From Gemmatimonadaceae bacterium (GTDB lineage: Bacteria > Gemmatimonadota > Gemmatimonadetes > Gemmatimonadales > Gemmatimonadaceae), in the NCBI GenBank assembly GCA_036555845.1, contig DATBKN010000539.1:1-44122 (forward strand): a stretch of DNA of 44,122 bases, in the 5' to 3' direction. Position numbers and translations under genes: made by a program. Every line of letters starts with the position of its first letter. The stretch's first letter is position 1. Shown in pieces: positions 33,663-42,337 of this stretch. The notes beneath the pieces are model-generated. The model did not search any database and was not told the DNA's origin. It saw only the letters and a list, made by a program, of their open reading frames with translations.

Positions 33663-36005
33663 ATGAAACGACTGCTGCCGCTCGTTCTGCTACCGAGTGC
33701 TGCTTTGGGCCAGGGGACGCGCACCGACTATGCGCGCGCCGAGCAGTTGTTAGGCTGGAATGCGCAGGAACTCGTGCTGCACGACGCGCCGCGCATCCGC
33801 TGGCTGTCCGGCGATCGCTTCTGGTACCGGGATCGTGCCGAGAAAGGGTACGAGTTTGTCATCGCCGACGCGGCGACAGGTGCCAAACGGCCGGTCTTCG
33901 ATCACGTGCGCCTCGCGGCACAGCTTTCGGAAGCGGCCGACACGACGTACGAACCATACAAGCTCCCGTTCCGGGATTTCACATTCGAGGATGGCGAGAA
34001 GGCAATCCGCTTCAGCGTGGCACGCTCGAAGTTCTGGAAGTGCGACCTAACGAGCTATGTCTGTACCGGACCGGACACGGTCGCGCACTACAAGACAAGC
34101 GACGTCAAATCACCGGACGGGAAGTGGCTCGCGTTCGAGCGCGGCGGCAACCTCTGGATGCGGGCGAACGACGCGAACGCGACGGACGGCGCCGGCGCCG
34201 AGGAGGTCCAGCTCACGACGGACGGAACGGCCGAGTACGGCTACGCCGTGGCGAACGTCGGCTGCTGCGGGCAGGTCACGAGCGTGCGCAACAAGGCGGA
34301 GCTGCGGCCCTACGTGCTCTGGTCTGCTGACTCCAAGCGTTTGGTCACGCACCGCTTCGACATGCGCGGCGTTAGGCAGATGTATCTGCTCGAAACGAAG
34401 AATCCGGGGCCGATTCTACATTCGTATCGCTACGCGCTGCCCGGTGATTCTGTGATCCCGAAGCTCGAGTTGTACGTATTTGACGTCGGGAGCCGGCGTG
34501 GGGTGAAGGTGGATCAATCGGCGGCGGACGTCATCAATACGAGCTGCTGCTGGTTCAGCACCGACACCGTCTGGAAGGACGTGCGCTGGACGCCGCAGGG
34601 TGACCAGGTCTTCTTCACGTTAGGCAAGCGCGGCTACAAGGAGCTGTCGCTGTACGTCGCCGATCCGGCGACCGGGTCGACGCGCAAGGTTCTGACTGAA
34701 ACGGGGAAAACCTACGTCGAGACGAACCAGAACTCGGGTGGTGTTCCCAATTGGCGTCCGGCGGCTGGCGCTCGCGAGATCGTCTGGTGGTCGGAGCGAG
34801 ACGGTTGGGGGCATCTCTACTTGATCGACGCGGCGACCGGTGCAGTGAAGAACCGGATCACAGCTGGCGACTGGATGGTGAGCGACCTCTTGTGGGTCGA
34901 CGACGCGCTGCGCACGGTCTACTTCACGGCGCGTGGTCGCGAGAAGGGCGATCCGTACTTCCGCTATCTCTATCGCGCGCGTCTCGATGGCAGCGGCCTC
35001 GAGCGCCTAACGTCCGAGGAAAGCGACCACGAGGTGCAAGTCTCGCCCAGTGGCAAGTATTTCGTCGACAGCTACTCCAAACCCGACGCACCGCCGGTCA
35101 CGGTGATCCGCCGAGCGGACGGGACCGTCGTTCGCGAGCTGCAGCGTGGCGACATCACTCGCCTCCTCGCGGCCGGCTGGACGATGCCGGAACCGCTCAT
35201 CGTGAAGGCGCGTGACGGTAACACGGAGCTGCGCGGATTGCTCTGGCGTCCGGCGCAGTTCGATTCGAGCAAACACTATCCAATCATCGATTACATCTAC
35301 CCGGGTCCGCAGATCGGTTCGATCGGATCGCGCCAGTTCCGGGCAAACCCGAGCGGGAATGCGCGAGCGCTCGCGGAGCTGGGCTTCTTCGTGCTTCAGG
35401 TCGACGCGTTAGGCACGCCCGGTCGCTCCAAGGCGTTCCACGACTTCTATTATGGGAACATGGGGGACAACGGGATTCCGGATCACATCACGGCAATCAA
35501 GCAGGTCGCGCTCAAGTACAGCCAAGTGGATCTGGATCGCGTCGGCATCTTCGGGCATTCTGGCGGCGGCTTCTCGTCCACGGATGCGATCCTGCGCTAT
35601 CCCGACTTCTTCAAGGTTGCCGTCTCGTCCGCGGGGAACCACGACAATCGCAGCTACGACTATACCTGGGGGGAGAAGTACCATGGTGTTCTCAAGAAGC
35701 TGAGCGATTCCACGGACTCGTTCGACAGCCAGTCGAACTGGCGGCTCGCGAAGAACCTGCGCGGCAAGTTGCTTCTGATGTATGGGACGCTGGATGACAA
35801 CGTGCACCCGAACGCCACGCTCTTGCTAGTCGACGAGCTCATCAAGGCGAACAAGGAGTTCGACATGCTGGTTATGCCGAATCGCAACCACGGCTTCGCG
35901 AACGAACCGTATGTGATCAAGCGGACGTGGGACTACTTTGTGCAGCACTTGTTAGGCAAGGCGCCGCCTGAGGGCTACGTGATTCGCCAACCGGTGACGC
36001 CATGA
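33663..36005 (+). CDS. S9 family serine peptidase, dipeptidyl-peptidase IV-like (paralog 2)
   Basis: Collinear with paralog 1 (GHSGGGF, GTLDDNVHP, NRNHG), with a signal peptide. This is a tandem duplication. Confidence 0.9.
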   Translation: MKRLLPLVLLPSAALGQGTRTDYARAEQLLGWNAQELVLHDAPRIRWLSGDRFWYRDRAEKGYEFVIADAATGAKRPVFDHVRLAAQLSEAADTTYEPYKLPFRDFTFEDGEKAIRFSVARSKFWKCDLTSYVCTGPDTVAHYKTSDVKSPDGKWLAFERGGNLWMRANDANATDGAGAEEVQLTTDGTAEYGYAVANVGCCGQVTSVRNKAELRPYVLWSADSKRLVTHRFDMRGVRQMYLLETKNPGPILHSYRYALPGDSVIPKLELYVFDVGSRRGVKVDQSAADVINTSCCWFSTDTVWKDVRWTPQGDQVFFTLGKRGYKELSLYVADPATGSTRKVLTETGKTYVETNQNSGGVPNWRPAAGAREIVWWSERDGWGHLYLIDAATGAVKNRITAGDWMVSDLLWVDDALRTVYFTARGREKGDPYFRYLYRARLDGSGLERLTSEESDHEVQVSPSGKYFVDSYSKPDAPPVTVIRRADGTVVRELQRGDITRLLAAGWTMPEPLIVKARDGNTELRGLLWRPAQFDSSKHYPIIDYIYPGPQIGSIGSRQFRANPSGNARALAELGFFVLQVDALGTPGRSKAFHDFYYGNMGDNGIPDHITAIKQVALKYSQVDLDRVGIFGHSGGGFSSTDAILRYPDFFKVAVSSAGNHDNRSYDYTWGEKYHGVLKKLSDSTDSFDSQSNWRLAKNLRGKLLLMYGTLDDNVHPNATLLLVDELIKANKEFDMLVMPNRNHGFANEPYVIKRTWDYFVQHLLGKAPPEGYVIRQPVTP

Positions 36006-37420
36006 AGGTCTTAGGGATAGGGGTAGGGGTAGGGGTATTCGTTGCTCTGACGGCGAGCGTCGCACAAGCGCAGCGGCCAGCCGTGGGGCCCGCGGTGCGG
36101 CAGTTTGTGCGCAGTGACGCGGCCGTCATCGCGCTCACGAACGCGCGCGTGATCGACGGCACCGGCGCCGCAGGGCGTGACGGGCAGACGATCCTCATTC
36201 AGGACGGCAAGATCGCGGCGTTAGGCGCGACGGGCAGTGTTACGATCCCACCAGGTGCCGAGACGATGGACCTTGCTGGTAAGTCGGTGCTGCCGGGGCT
36301 CGTCATGGTGCACGAGCATCTGTTCTATCCAACTGGTCCCGGGACGTACGGGCAGCTTGGCCTGAGTTTTTTGCGGTTGTATCTCGCTGGCGGCGTCACG
36401 ACGATGCGCACCGGCGGAAACATGAGTGGCTACGCCGACATCAGCTACAAACGCGGCATCGACTCCGGAGTCGTGGCAGGACCGGCGATGGACGCGACGG
36501 CGCCATATCTCAATGGCGGGCCGTTCCCGCTGCGGCAGGTGCGCGTCCTCAAAGGCCCGGAAGACGCCCGAAAGATGGTCGCATATTGGGCAGACGAAGG
36601 CGCGACGTCGTTCAAGGCGTACATGCAGATCACGCGCGCCGAGTTAGGCGCCGCGATCGAGGAAGCGCATAAGCGCGGGCTCAAGGTGACCGGGCACCTC
36701 TGTTCGGTCACCTTCGCCGAAGCGGCGAAGCTCGGCATCGACGATCTCGAGCACGGATTCATTGTCGCGACCGACTTCGCGCCTAACAAGCAAGCCGACG
36801 TCTGCACCAATTCGCGGGGGTTCGATGCAGTGGACCCGGCCGGACCAGCCGCGCGGGAGCTCATCCGCGAGCTTGTCGCGCGCAAAGTCGCAATAACATC
36901 CACCCTAACTGTGTTCGAGACCTCCGTCCCGGGACGACCCGTGCCGCCGGGCCTCGACGTTCTTGTTCCACAGCTGCGCGAGCAATTCGAACGGCAGCAC
37001 GCAGCGATTGCTCGGCAAACTGATACGACGCGACTCGCTGGGCTCAAGAAAGAGATGGCGATGGAGCTCGCATTTGCGAAGGCCGGCGGACTGCTCGTCG
37101 CTGGTACGGATCCAACTGGGTATGGCGGCGTTATTCCTGGCTACTCAAATCAGCGGCAACTGGAGCTTCTGGTTGAGGCTGGATTCACACCGCTCGAAGC
37201 GATCAGCATCGGGACGCTGAATGGCGCGAAGTACTTGGGGCGCGAGGCGCAGATCGGCACGATCGCTGTAGGGAAGCAGGCTGACCTCATGGTTGTAGCC
37301 GGGAATCCCGCCGCGCGAATAGGCGACGTGCGCAACGTGGAGATCGTCTTCCGGTTAGGCGTCGCCTATGATCCCAAGAAGCTGATCGAGTCCGTCAAGG
37401 GAAGCGTGGGGCTGTATTAG
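36002..37420 (+). CDS. metal-dependent amidohydrolase family protein (secreted)
   Basis: ATGA overlap with the preceding gene, a signal peptide, the VLPGLVMVHEHL HxH motif and a C-terminal GTDP...IAVGKQADL pattern typical of the family. Confidence 0.85.
   Translation: MKVLGIGVGVGVFVALTASVAQAQRPAVGPAVRQFVRSDAAVIALTNARVIDGTGAAGRDGQTILIQDGKIAALGATGSVTIPPGAETMDLAGKSVLPGLVMVHEHLFYPTGPGTYGQLGLSFLRLYLAGGVTTMRTGGNMSGYADISYKRGIDSGVVAGPAMDATAPYLNGGPFPLRQVRVLKGPEDARKMVAYWADEGATSFKAYMQITRAELGAAIEEAHKRGLKVTGHLCSVTFAEAAKLGIDDLEHGFIVATDFAPNKQADVCTNSRGFDAVDPAGPAARELIRELVARKVAITSTLTVFETSVPGRPVPPGLDVLVPQLREQFERQHAAIARQTDTTRLAGLKKEMAMELAFAKAGGLLVAGTDPTGYGGVIPGYSNQRQLELLVEAGFTPLEAISIGTLNGAKYLGREAQIGTIAVGKQADLMVVAGNPAARIGDVRNVEIVFRLGVAYDPKKLIESVKGSVGLY
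36011..36037 (+). repeat. in-frame GGGATA/GGGGTA hexamer repeat inside the signal-peptide coding region
   Basis: TTAGGGATAGGGGTAGGGGTAGGGGTA encodes LGIGVGVGV. The unit sequence resembles the 33560 heptads. Confidence 0.8.
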
Positions 37421-37564
37421 GTCAGAGGCCCGAGATGAAACGTTCGATGAAACATCCATGTGCTCGTAAGAGCCGTAATTACAGGGTCCCGCAGAGTCAT
37501 CAGCAAAAGTGGGAACTTCGATCATCTGCGTGGCACTATTACGGAAGCCACCTCGAGTAACCCA

Positions 37565-38494
37565 ATGATTATTCGTTCCAAGTCCAAGAACGACATCGTC
37601 AGCTCCGAAATCACGTCGGAGTCTGCCTACGTCAACCGACGCCAGTTCCTGAAGGACACCGGGCTTATCAGCTTGACCGCCGGGGGGATTCTGGCTGCCT
37701 GCCGTGAAGAGGCGTCGGCGGCGCATACACAGGACCTCAAGGCGGAGCAGACGCCGTACGAGGACGTCACGAGCTACAACAATTTCTACGAGTTCGGGAC
37801 CGACAAAGAGGATCCCAAAGCCAACGCTCAGCAATTCAAGACGAAGCCGTGGAGCGTGAAGGTCGAAGGGCTCGTGAGCAAGCCGGCCACATACCAGCTG
37901 GAAGATTTCATCAAGCCGTACAAGCTCGAAGAGCGGATCTATCGACACCGCTGCGTCGAAGCGTGGTCCATGGTGATTCCGTGGCTGGGCTTCCCGATGT
38001 CCGATTTGATCAAGCGCGTGGAGCCATTAGGGTCGGCCAAGTACATCGAGTTCACCACGCTGCTGGATCCGAAACAGATGCCGGGTCAGCGGCTGCCGTA
38101 TCTCGAGTGGCCGTACGTGGAAGGTCTGCGTCTCGACGAGGCGATGCATCCGCTCGCGATATTTGCCGTGGGGTTATACGGCAAGACGCTGCCTAACCAG
38201 AACGGCGCGCCTCTCCGGCACATCGTACCGTGGAAGTATGGCTTCAAGGGCTGCAAGTCGATCGTGCGCATTCGATTCACGGACAAGGAACCGCGCACGG
38301 CGTGGAATATCGCGGCGCCGCAGGAGTACGGTTTCTATGCGAATGTGAATCCCGAGGTGGATCATCCGCGCTGGAGCCAGGCGACTGAGCGGCGCGTGGG
38401 CGAATTCCGCAGACGTAAGACGTTGATGTTCAACGGGTACGCCGATCAGGTGGCGAGCCTGTACTCGGGAATGGACCTGCGGAAGCTCTACTAG
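37565..38494 (+). CDS. msrP: protein-methionine-sulfoxide reductase catalytic subunit MsrP (YedY)
   Basis: The start [10 protein letters not shown]...[13 protein letters not shown] carries a TAT signal. The YNNFYEFG and [16 protein letters not shown] molybdopterin-domain motifs are characteristic of MsrP. Confidence 0.9.
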   Translation: MIIRSKSKNDIVSSEITSESAYVNRRQFLKDTGLISLTAGGILAACREEASAAHTQDLKAEQTPYEDVTSYNNFYEFGTDKEDPKANAQQFKTKPWSVKVEGLVSKPATYQLEDFIKPYKLEERIYRHRCVEAWSMVIPWLGFPMSDLIKRVEPLGSAKYIEFTTLLDPKQMPGQRLPYLEWPYVEGLRLDEAMHPLAIFAVGLYGKTLPNQNGAPLRHIVPWKYGFKGCKSIVRIRFTDKEPRTAWNIAAPQEYGFYANVNPEVDHPRWSQATERRVGEFRRRKTLMFNGYADQVASLYSGMDLRKLY

Positions 38495-39234
38495 TGGGGG
38501 TTGGGGCGCGGGGCGCGACGGACCAAGCGGGAGTTCAAGAGTCCGAACGACAGCGGGGGGCCCCCCCCGCTGTTCAATCTGCGGCAACTTCGCCGCCACG
38601 CGTTAACCGAAAACGCGCCAGCATTCCCAAAGAGCCGCCTTACCTTCACGCGGTCATCATCGTGCTGTGCTGCCTCCCATTCATCTGGGGAGGTTTGGCC
38701 CTCTATTCCGACGCCTTCCGTGGCACTAGCTACCTCACTGCGGAACCTGTCAAAGAGATCGAACATTACACCGGGAAGTGGATACTCCGCTTCCTCGCGC
38801 TTACTCTAGCGATCACGCCCGCCATCGCCATCACGCGATTGGGATGGCTCGTCCGCTATCGGCGCACCTTCGGTCTCTTCGCGTTCGGCTACGCGTGCAC
38901 CCACTTCCTGCTGTACCTGACGCTCGATCTGCAGCTCGCCTTCTCGGACATCTGGGAAGACATCAGCAAGCGCATTTACATCACCATTGGATTCACTGCG
39001 TTGCTGTTGCTGGTACCCCTCGCGCTAACATCAACCAAGGCCTCGATCAGACGGCTCGGCGGCAAACGCTGGAACGCGTTGCATCGCCTGATCTACGTCA
39101 CCTGCGTGTTGGGTGTCATTCATTTTTGGATGTCGGTCAAGCGCGACGTCACGTCGCCGATTCTCTTTTCGCTGCTCTTCGCCACGTTGCTCGGCTGGCG
39201 CCTCTTTCGCGCCAGACGTTCGCGCGCTGCCTAA
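38494..39234 (+). CDS. msrQ: protein-methionine-sulfoxide reductase heme-binding membrane subunit MsrQ (YedZ)
   Basis: PFIWGGLALY...PVKEIEHYTGKWILRFLALTLAITP aligns with the MsrQ N-terminal region, and multiple TM helices carry conserved His. The start is uncertain. The only upstream in-frame start is GTG 38494, which adds about 45 non-membrane residues and spans a GC hairpin. GTG near 38662 is an alternative. Confidence 0.8.
   Translation: MGVGARGATDQAGVQESERQRGAPPAVQSAATSPPRVNRKRASIPKEPPYLHAVIIVLCCLPFIWGGLALYSDAFRGTSYLTAEPVKEIEHYTGKWILRFLALTLAITPAIAITRLGWLVRYRRTFGLFAFGYACTHFLLYLTLDLQLAFSDIWEDISKRIYITIGFTALLLLVPLALTSTKASIRRLGGKRWNALHRLIYVTCVLGVIHFWMSVKRDVTSPILFSLLFATLLGWRLFRARRSRAA
38550..38573 (+). 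other. GC-rich palindrome between msrP and the membrane core of msrQ
   Basis: ACAGCGGGGGG CC CCCCCCGCTGT, a 10-11 bp stem with no U-tract. Confidence 0.6.
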
Positions 39235-40595
39235 CGCCACTTCTCGCGGCGAGCATCGCCTGCGCCGATTCCACGGCGACGACGCTCGCGCCGGCTGTAC
39301 CTGAAACCGAGCTCTCCGCCGGCACGGCAACTGTATTAGACGCATCCGGCCGCGCCTTCCAGCTGCCGATCCCCACGCTCGTCGGCACGCGGCTCGAGCG
39401 TCACACGCTCGGCGACTCGCTCTTCAGTCTGGGATTCCTCGACGGCCTCACGGCATCGCCGACTGCGCCTAACGTGGGATTGGGTCCCCTGTTCAACAAT
39501 ACGTCCTGCTTCGCGTGTCACGAGCAGAACGGCCGCGGGCAGCCGCCGCTAGCGCCGCGCGCCTATCGCGGGATGCTCTTCCGTCTGAGCGTCCCGCCGA
39601 TCTTCGGCGACGACCCTCCGCGGCCGGTGCCGAGCTTCGGCGGCCAGCTGCAAAACCGCGCCGTCGCCGGCTTTGCCGCCGAAGGGACCGTCGACATCAC
39701 ACTGGAACGGGTGACGGGTCAGTTCCAGGACGGCACGACCTACGAGCTGCAGCGTCCCACGTATCGCATCGCCTCGCCGTACGTCGAAATGCCGCCTAAC
39801 GTGCAGCTCTCGCCGCGCATCGCGCCGCAAATCGTGGGGCTCGGCCTCCTCGAAGCGGTGCCCGACCCGGAGATCCTCATGCGCGCGGATCCCAACGATC
39901 GCGACGGCGACGGCATCTCAGGAAAGCCGAACGTTGTATTCGGCGGCATCACTGGAGAACGAAAGCTCGGTCGCTTCGGACACAAGGCCAGCACTGCCTC
40001 GCTGCTGATTCAGACGGCCACGGCATATAACGAGGATGTCGGAGTCACGTCGCCCCTTCTACCCACAGAGAATTGTGCGCTACAGCATCCCATTTGCGGC
40101 CCGCACGCTCCCGACATCACGCTCGACCACGTCCAGATCGTTGCCTTCTACACACGCACACTGGCGGTTCCCGCGCGGCGCAACGTGCGCGACACCGACG
40201 TCAAACGCGGCGCCGAGCTTTTCACCCGCGCGGGATGCTCGGCGTGCCACACGCCGACGCTTCATACCGACGCGACAAATGTGGAGCCTGAGCTGGCACA
40301 CCTAACGATCCACCCGTACAGCGATCTTCTGCTGCACGATATGGGACCGGACCTCTCCGACGGGCGTCCCGACTTCCGCGCGTCCGGAAGCGAATGGCGC
40401 ACGCCGCCGCTCTGGGGAATCGGACTTTCCGGCTTCGTCACCGGCCACACGCGCTTCCTCCATGACGGGCGAGCCCGCAATCTGGAGGAAGCGGTGTTAT
40501 GGCACGGCGGTGAAGCGCAGCGAGCGCGCGATTTCTACCGCAGTCTCAGCAAGAACGAACGCGACGCGCTGCTGAAGTTTCTGAGCTCGCTCTGA
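39126..40595 (+). CDS. di-heme c-type oxidoreductase, DUF1111 family (thiol-oxidoreductase/peroxidase-like) lipoprotein
   Basis: Two CxxCH motifs (CFACH and CSACH) and a conserved C-terminal WRTPPLWG...FLHDGRARNLEEAVLWHGGEA. A lipobox LLAASIAC lies just after the msrQ stop. The true start is unclear (TTG 39126 or CTG 39195). The ORF-track start at 38778 overlaps msrQ for over 450 nt and is discounted. Confidence 0.75.
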   Translation: MDVGQARRHVADSLFAALRHVARLAPLSRQTFARCLTPLLAASIACADSTATTLAPAVPETELSAGTATVLDASGRAFQLPIPTLVGTRLERHTLGDSLFSLGFLDGLTASPTAPNVGLGPLFNNTSCFACHEQNGRGQPPLAPRAYRGMLFRLSVPPIFGDDPPRPVPSFGGQLQNRAVAGFAAEGTVDITLERVTGQFQDGTTYELQRPTYRIASPYVEMPPNVQLSPRIAPQIVGLGLLEAVPDPEILMRADPNDRDGDGISGKPNVVFGGITGERKLGRFGHKASTASLLIQTATAYNEDVGVTSPLLPTENCALQHPICGPHAPDITLDHVQIVAFYTRTLAVPARRNVRDTDVKRGAELFTRAGCSACHTPTLHTDATNVEPELAHLTIHPYSDLLLHDMGPDLSDGRPDFRASGSEWRTPPLWGIGLSGFVTGHTRFLHDGRARNLEEAVLWHGGEAQRARDFYRSLSKNERDALLKFLSSL

Positions 40596-40607
40596 CGCGA
40601 CCGGAGC

Positions 40608-41093
40608 CTAACGCGGCTGACCGACCACGAAAACCTGCTGGCTCACATTCGCGAGAGCAGCAGGCATGTCGACGCCGTCGAGCCAGCGAACCGTGCGGCG
40701 TAACCCGTTCGCGCGAACCATGATGCGGTGATCGCGCCGATCGCAGCACGTGTTACTTGGGACATACTCCGCGTCGAGTGACGCGAATTCCTTGCTTGCT
40801 GCGGCCGTGAAAAGTGCATCCACTTCCGCGGCGGTCATCGTGCGGATCACACGCGCCGGAAAGACGCACTCCTCTTTCAGTTGCTCACAGAGCTCGGGTG
40901 CGCCAGCGGAAACGACGCCGGTGGCGCTATCGACACTGTGCGCGAACTTCATGTACGCAATCCCACCCACGCCGAAGTACTCGATCCGCGCCGCCCTGGT
41001 ATCCGGCTCCAAAAGATTGTTCGACGTTGCACATGCTAGGGCGGCGCCTGCTGCACTCAGTGCTAGGATTTTCGAAACGAATCTGAACGACAT
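40608..41093 (-). CDS. hypothetical lipoprotein
   Basis: 161-aa ORF with MSFRFVSKILALSAAGAALAC (a lipobox). The TAG stop lies inside the motif. Confidence 0.55.
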   Translation of the reverse strand: MSFRFVSKILALSAAGAALACATSNNLLEPDTRAARIEYFGVGGIAYMKFAHSVDSATGVVSAGAPELCEQLKEECVFPARVIRTMTAAEVDALFTAAASKEFASLDAEYVPSNTCCDRRDHRIMVRANGLRRTVRWLDGVDMPAALANVSQQVFVVGQPR

Positions 41094-41127
41094 CTTTCAC
41101 CACACCTCATGAGGTACTGTCTGTAGC

Positions 41128-42315
41128 GTGTTGCCACGCACCGACTACGACACACTCGTTGTCACATCCCCCGGACTCGAAGACGTAACGCAGCGCGAAC
41201 TCGCCGCGCTAGGCGTCACGCCGAGCGCACGAGCGGAGCCTGGCATCATCCCCGTGTGCGTTCCCCAGAGGACGTTATACACCATGAACTTGCACCTGCG
41301 CACCGCGAGTCGCATAACGGTGCTGGGGGCCAACTTCCGCGCGCGCACGTTCGCCGAACTGGAGCGCCGAGCCAAGGCCGTACCCTGGGATGAGTGGCTC
41401 CGGAATGACACGCGAGTGCGACTGCGCGTTACGTGTCGTAAGTCACGCCTATATCACTCGGACGCCGTTGCGGAACGCGTGGCCGGCGCCATCGCCGCAC
41501 GCACGCGAGCCCTGGTCTCTGCCGACAATTCGGCGGATGACGATGACCCGTCGGCACAACAGCTGATTCTCGTTAGGCTTCTGCGCGATGACTGCACGAT
41601 TCGCATCGATACGTCAGGCGCGCACCTGCATCGCCGTGGCTATCGTCAGGCAGTGGCCAAAGCTCCGCTGCGCGAAACGCTCGCCGCCGCGATGCTACTC
41701 GCCGCGAAGTGGAATATCGGCGCTCCTCTGATCGACCCGTTCTGTGGTTCAGGCAGCATCGCCATCGAAGCAGCGCTCCTCGCACGCAACATCGCGCCCG
41801 GCATCCGACGCGAGTTCGCTTTCATGAACTGGCCGACGTTCGATAGCTCCGCATGGAGCGCGACGCTCGAGCACGCGCGAACACACGAACGCAATGCCGC
41901 GCCCGCTCCGATCATCGCCGCAGACCGTGACGAAGGAGCGATCGAGGCAACTCGCGCAAACGCGCAAAGGGCCGGCGTGCTCGCTGACATCGACGCACGT
42001 TGTCAGCCGCTCTCCGCACTCGAGCCCCCGGCAACGCCAGGCTGGCTCGTCAGCAATCCACCGTACGGAGTGCGAGTCGGTGAGCGGCACCGTCTGCGCG
42101 ATCTTTATGCAGTGATAGGCCGGTTGAGCCGCGAGCGCCTGCGCGATTGGCACATCGCGCTGCTGAGCGCACACCCGGAACTGGACGCCCAACTGGCACT
42201 GCCGCTGGTGGAGACCTTCAGAACGACCAACGGAGGACTCAACGTGCGGCTAGTCTCGCGTGTACCTTTGGAACCGCCAGCTGGCGGCGCGACGGCAGCA
42301 ACGATATCGCGTTAG
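41128..42315 (+). CDS. THUMP-domain class I SAM-dependent RNA methyltransferase (RlmL/RlmK-like, COG0116 type)
   Basis: SAM motif I DPFCGSGSIAIEAA and motif IV SNPPYG, with an N-terminal THUMP-like region. The TAG stop lies inside the motif. Confidence 0.8.
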   Translation: MLPRTDYDTLVVTSPGLEDVTQRELAALGVTPSARAEPGIIPVCVPQRTLYTMNLHLRTASRITVLGANFRARTFAELERRAKAVPWDEWLRNDTRVRLRVTCRKSRLYHSDAVAERVAGAIAARTRALVSADNSADDDDPSAQQLILVRLLRDDCTIRIDTSGAHLHRRGYRQAVAKAPLRETLAAAMLLAAKWNIGAPLIDPFCGSGSIAIEAALLARNIAPGIRREFAFMNWPTFDSSAWSATLEHARTHERNAAPAPIIAADRDEGAIEATRANAQRAGVLADIDARCQPLSALEPPATPGWLVSNPPYGVRVGERHRLRDLYAVIGRLSRERLRDWHIALLSAHPELDAQLALPLVETFRTTNGGLNVRLVSRVPLEPPAGGATAATISR

Positions 42316-42337
42316 GCGACGCCGGCAGCAGCTTGCG

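Noticed and set aside
38778-39125. The long N-terminal extension of the DUF1111 ORF (track start 38778), and likewise the 18236-18550 extension of the HlyD ORF.
   Set aside because: Both extensions overlap well-supported genes (msrQ, tetR) in another frame and encode Arg/Ser/Pro-rich low-complexity sequence typical of off-frame high-GC translation. Credible signal peptides begin just after the upstream genes end.
41128-42315. The THUMP-domain methyltransferase with an SNPPYG motif as the DNA methylase responsible for the abundant motif.
   Set aside because: The THUMP plus class I MTase architecture (COG0116, RlmL/RlmK-like) is established as an rRNA or tRNA guanine-N2 methyltransferase family. 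No adjacent restriction or specificity gene is present, so I kept it as an RNA methyltransferase.
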